Assembly: GCA_965231045.1 (NCBI GenBank)
Contig: OZ246406.1
Span: 322,208 to 386,207 of the forward strand
Origin: an uncultured Candidatus Saccharibacteria bacterium
Lineage (GTDB): Bacteria > Patescibacteriota > Saccharimonadia > Saccharimonadales > JAGQNJ01
Length of the DNA: 64,000 nucleotides
Reading direction: 5' to 3'
The translations under genes and the position numbers were made by a program. Of the stretch, positions 61,960 through 64,000 are shown one piece after another (the first letter of the stretch is position 1; every line of letters starts with the position of its first letter). A model generated the notes under the pieces. The model saw nothing but the letters and a program-made list of their open reading frames with translations. It was not told the origin of the DNA and did no database searches.

Positions 61960-62708
61960 GCTAGAAAGTCTCCGATCATATCATGTACTAATTGTGGTTT
62001 ATCTTGATGTACAAAATGACTTGCCCTGCTAATTATTTCAAGAGTCGAATTGCTAATTAGCTCATGGTATATCTGACCATAAAGAGGTGGCGTAGCCTTG
62101 TCATCTTCACCATATATTAACAGGACTGGTAGCTGGAGCTTGGCGGCATCTTGTTGGACATCTTGCCTAACGGTCTTTTTAAACGTCTCTTGCAAATGCG
62201 GGGCAACCAACATATCTGATCCTGCCGCACCATACAAGAATTTTCGAAGTTTCTGTTTTTGCGTCTTTGGCAACCAAAATGTTGCGACTTTACCGCTTTT
62301 AGCTATAACTTTTATTACAAAGCGTCGTCCTTTTTGACGATTACGAATTCCCGAAGCACCTAAAACTACCAGTTTTTGTGAACTAATTTTCTTAGTTGCG
62401 AGAGCTCTTATGGCCAAGGCTGCACCATTAGAGTGAGCTATAACGGCATATGGCGTTCTATCAATTTTATGCAAGAAACTCGAGACAAAGTCAGCATACA
62501 TGTCTAAATCCCATACTTCTTGAGGGGCTTGAGATGAACCAAAGCCAGGTAAATCCAGTGAAACTACGTTATATCCAGACGATAGAAACTTTTGTAACTC
62601 TTTAAAAGTATGTAGATTATCACCCCAACCATGCAGTAACAGAACAGTGCGTTTACCATGCCCTGCTTGTTCGTAGTGTGTGAGAAGTGAATTTACAACA
62701 ACTTGCAT
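61956..62708 (-). CDS. alpha/beta-fold hydrolase
   Basis: HGWGD oxyanion region, nucleophile elbow AHSNGA, and C-terminal His (SHFVHQD). ATGA overlap with murF. Confidence 0.8.
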   Translation of the reverse strand: MQVVVNSLLTHYEQAGHGKRTVLLLHGWGDNLHTFKELQKFLSSGYNVVSLDLPGFGSSQAPQEVWDLDMYADFVSSFLHKIDRTPYAVIAHSNGAALAIRALATKKISSQKLVVLGASGIRNRQKGRRFVIKVIAKSGKVATFWLPKTQKQKLRKFLYGAAGSDMLVAPHLQETFKKTVRQDVQQDAAKLQLPVLLIYGEDDKATPPLYGQIYHELISNSTLEIISRASHFVHQDKPQLVHDMIGDFLA

Positions 62709-62749
62709 AGTAAAAGTATAGCTTAGTCTGGCGACTGGTGCATTAAAAC

Positions 62750-63697
62750 TTACTGACTAAGTGTGCCAGAGATTATTGCCTGAAATTCTTGCTGAAGGTT
62801 CTGTAAGTCAATTGTTTTTGATGGTATCTGTACTGGCAAAAAAGCCCCGCTGGCACTGTAGTTGTCTTTTTGCTGTTGCACACCAATATAGTCAATGGAT
62901 TTTAAGTCTCTCGTCATTACATCAACACCGATAGTAAGCTGAACTGCTTGATTTGGGTCGAATCGCTCAGGATCTATCTGTTGCAGCTGATTCAAGTTAG
63001 TCATCTTATCAAACTTTTTTAGCATCAAGACGTAGTCTTTTATTTTTACTCTGGCATCATATGTGAATACCCACCGTCCGTTCTTAAACTCTTTATGAAC
63101 TGAGTTAAAGTCAATCTGATAGACGTTATTTTTTTGCATGTACTCAACAAGTTGCCGCCTATCGTCTGGCTGCAAATAGCCGGTTGGAACGCCACCTAGT
63201 GATCCAAAAAGTATCTCAATGAAAGTCGACTGTCCTAGCGGAGGATTATCTTGTTTTGCCCATTTGTTTTGCAGTTTTGAAAAATCTGGCTTGTTGCCTT
63301 TTAAAGTCTCAGGACCAACTTCAATATTGGAGTATCGCACATAGTTTGTTGTTGGGGTTGTCAACGTTTGGGTAGTTACTGATAAACTCTGTGGTTTGTT
63401 AGCATTCTGTGTTAGTACAGTTTTTGTGCGAGCAAAATTATGCGCGCCAAGTTGAATTTGTACATCTTGAGTTTGGCTCAGGTTACGGCTAGCATCATCT
63501 TGAGCTATAGATCTTGTCTGACCGTAGCTCTTTAGATTATTGTCCATCATTCCCCAAAATACTTGAGTTGGATTGGCGAAAATTTTGGTAAACGCTAGGT
63601 AGCCAAAAATAATAAAAATCAGCACCCCAGCTGTAAACATCATTTTTGCAAGGCGAATCTGTTCACTTCGTATTATTTGTCCACTATTCTGAGCCAT
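62750..63697 (-). CDS. membrane-anchored hypothetical protein (315 aa)
   Basis: One N-terminal TM helix (MMFTAGVLIFIIFGYLAF). The rest is soluble and Q/N/T-rich. Confidence 0.55.
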   Translation of the reverse strand: MAQNSGQIIRSEQIRLAKMMFTAGVLIFIIFGYLAFTKIFANPTQVFWGMMDNNLKSYGQTRSIAQDDASRNLSQTQDVQIQLGAHNFARTKTVLTQNANKPQSLSVTTQTLTTPTTNYVRYSNIEVGPETLKGNKPDFSKLQNKWAKQDNPPLGQSTFIEILFGSLGGVPTGYLQPDDRRQLVEYMQKNNVYQIDFNSVHKEFKNGRWVFTYDARVKIKDYVLMLKKFDKMTNLNQLQQIDPERFDPNQAVQLTIGVDVMTRDLKSIDYIGVQQQKDNYSASGAFLPVQIPSKTIDLQNLQQEFQAIISGTLSQ

Positions 63698-63776
63698 GAT
63701 AGCCAGTATTGTACCAGCTTGGCGAGATATGCCCTATGCTTTAAGGGGTAAATGTTGTACAATTTATTCCTGTTTT

Positions 63777-63853
63777 GGGGATGTAGCTCAGCTGATTAGA
63801 GCGCTTCGCTGGCAGCGAAGAGGTCCGGGGTTTGAATCCCCGCATCTCCACCA
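63777..63853 (+). tRNA. tRNA-Ala (anticodon GGC), CCA encoded
   Basis: Folded by hand. Acceptor GGGGATG/CATCTCC with G3:U70, D stem GCTC/GAGC, anticodon loop CTGGCAG, T arm CGGGG-TTTGAAT-CCCCG. Confidence 0.93.
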
Positions 63854-63930
63854 ATTTTTTGATTAAGTATATTCTCAGCTTTCTATACGACAATTAGCAA
63901 TTAAACAATTATGGCTATATTATTGATGTT

Positions 63931-64000
63931 ATGGGGATGAAAAACTTAAAAGCCTGGTTAATTATTGTCTTATTTACGCTAATTCCTGTGGCTTTATGGC
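63931..64000 (+). CDS. start of a membrane protein gene (runs off right edge)
   Basis: ATG at 63931 (or 63937) opens MGMKNLKAWLIIVLFTLIPVALW, a signal/TM-like segment. Only 23 codons are visible. Confidence 0.3.
   Translation, partial: MGMKNLKAWLIIVLFTLIPVALW

Noticed and set aside
1-64000. Alternative genetic code (UGA recoding as in some CPR lineages)
   Set aside because: TGA terminates well-defined genes (e.g. rnc at 53374-53376, the ABC ATPase at 36375-36377). All housekeeping genes are full length under code 11.

Overview
This 64-kb window is a compact, moderately AT-rich bacterial chromosome segment read in the standard code. TGA is used as a stop, for example at rnc and the ABC ATPase. 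I count about 78 protein genes, roughly three quarters on the minus strand, plus 2 tRNAs (Gln-CUG, Ala-GGC). There is no rRNA, no CRISPR array, and no transposase, integrase or phage gene.

Recognisable content:
- An 11-kb minus-strand sugar-phosphate operon (gap, rpiB, rpe, split tkt, fba, pfkB-type kinase). It continues into an uncharacterised three-gene tail and three tandem pilin-like genes.
- DNA repair genes: uvrB, rarA, rmuC, an MPG-type glycosylase and an AlkA-type glycosylase.
- Translation genes: pheS/pheT with a cupin gene wedged between them, leuS, rpsP-KH-trmD, rnc, nusB, and an unlisted rpmF.
- Cell wall genes: class IV aminotransferase, ddl, and a murF-like gene with a membrane N-terminus.
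- Redox genes: trxB, an NrdH-like protein, a cupredoxin, NDH-2 and a SodC-like protein.
- Metal homeostasis: a divergent ZIP/Fur pair.
- Lipid head-group enzymes: GDPD, PAP2, a standalone aminoacyl-PG synthase domain, and a HAD/CDP-alcohol-transferase fusion.
- A long RelA/SpoT homologue without an HD motif.
- Many membrane-anchored or secreted orphan proteins.

The style suggests a Patescibacteria/CPR genome, most like Saccharibacteria. The cues are the split transketolase, type IV pilin-like N-termini, extreme gene packing and scavenger-type metabolism. This is inference from gene content only.

I found no obvious defence or mobile system. The best candidates for something undescribed are:
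- the operon tail at 6672-10028;
- the divergent ATP-grasp / AstE-AspA pair at 46000-48340;
- the tRNA-Gln-adjacent DUF6325-like/SHOCT/RSH block with a duplicated tRNA 3' end;
- the cupin embedded in pheST;
- the membrane-anchored MurF-like ligase;
- a recurrent leaderless-promoter architecture.

All functional calls rest on motifs read by eye. No database search was run.
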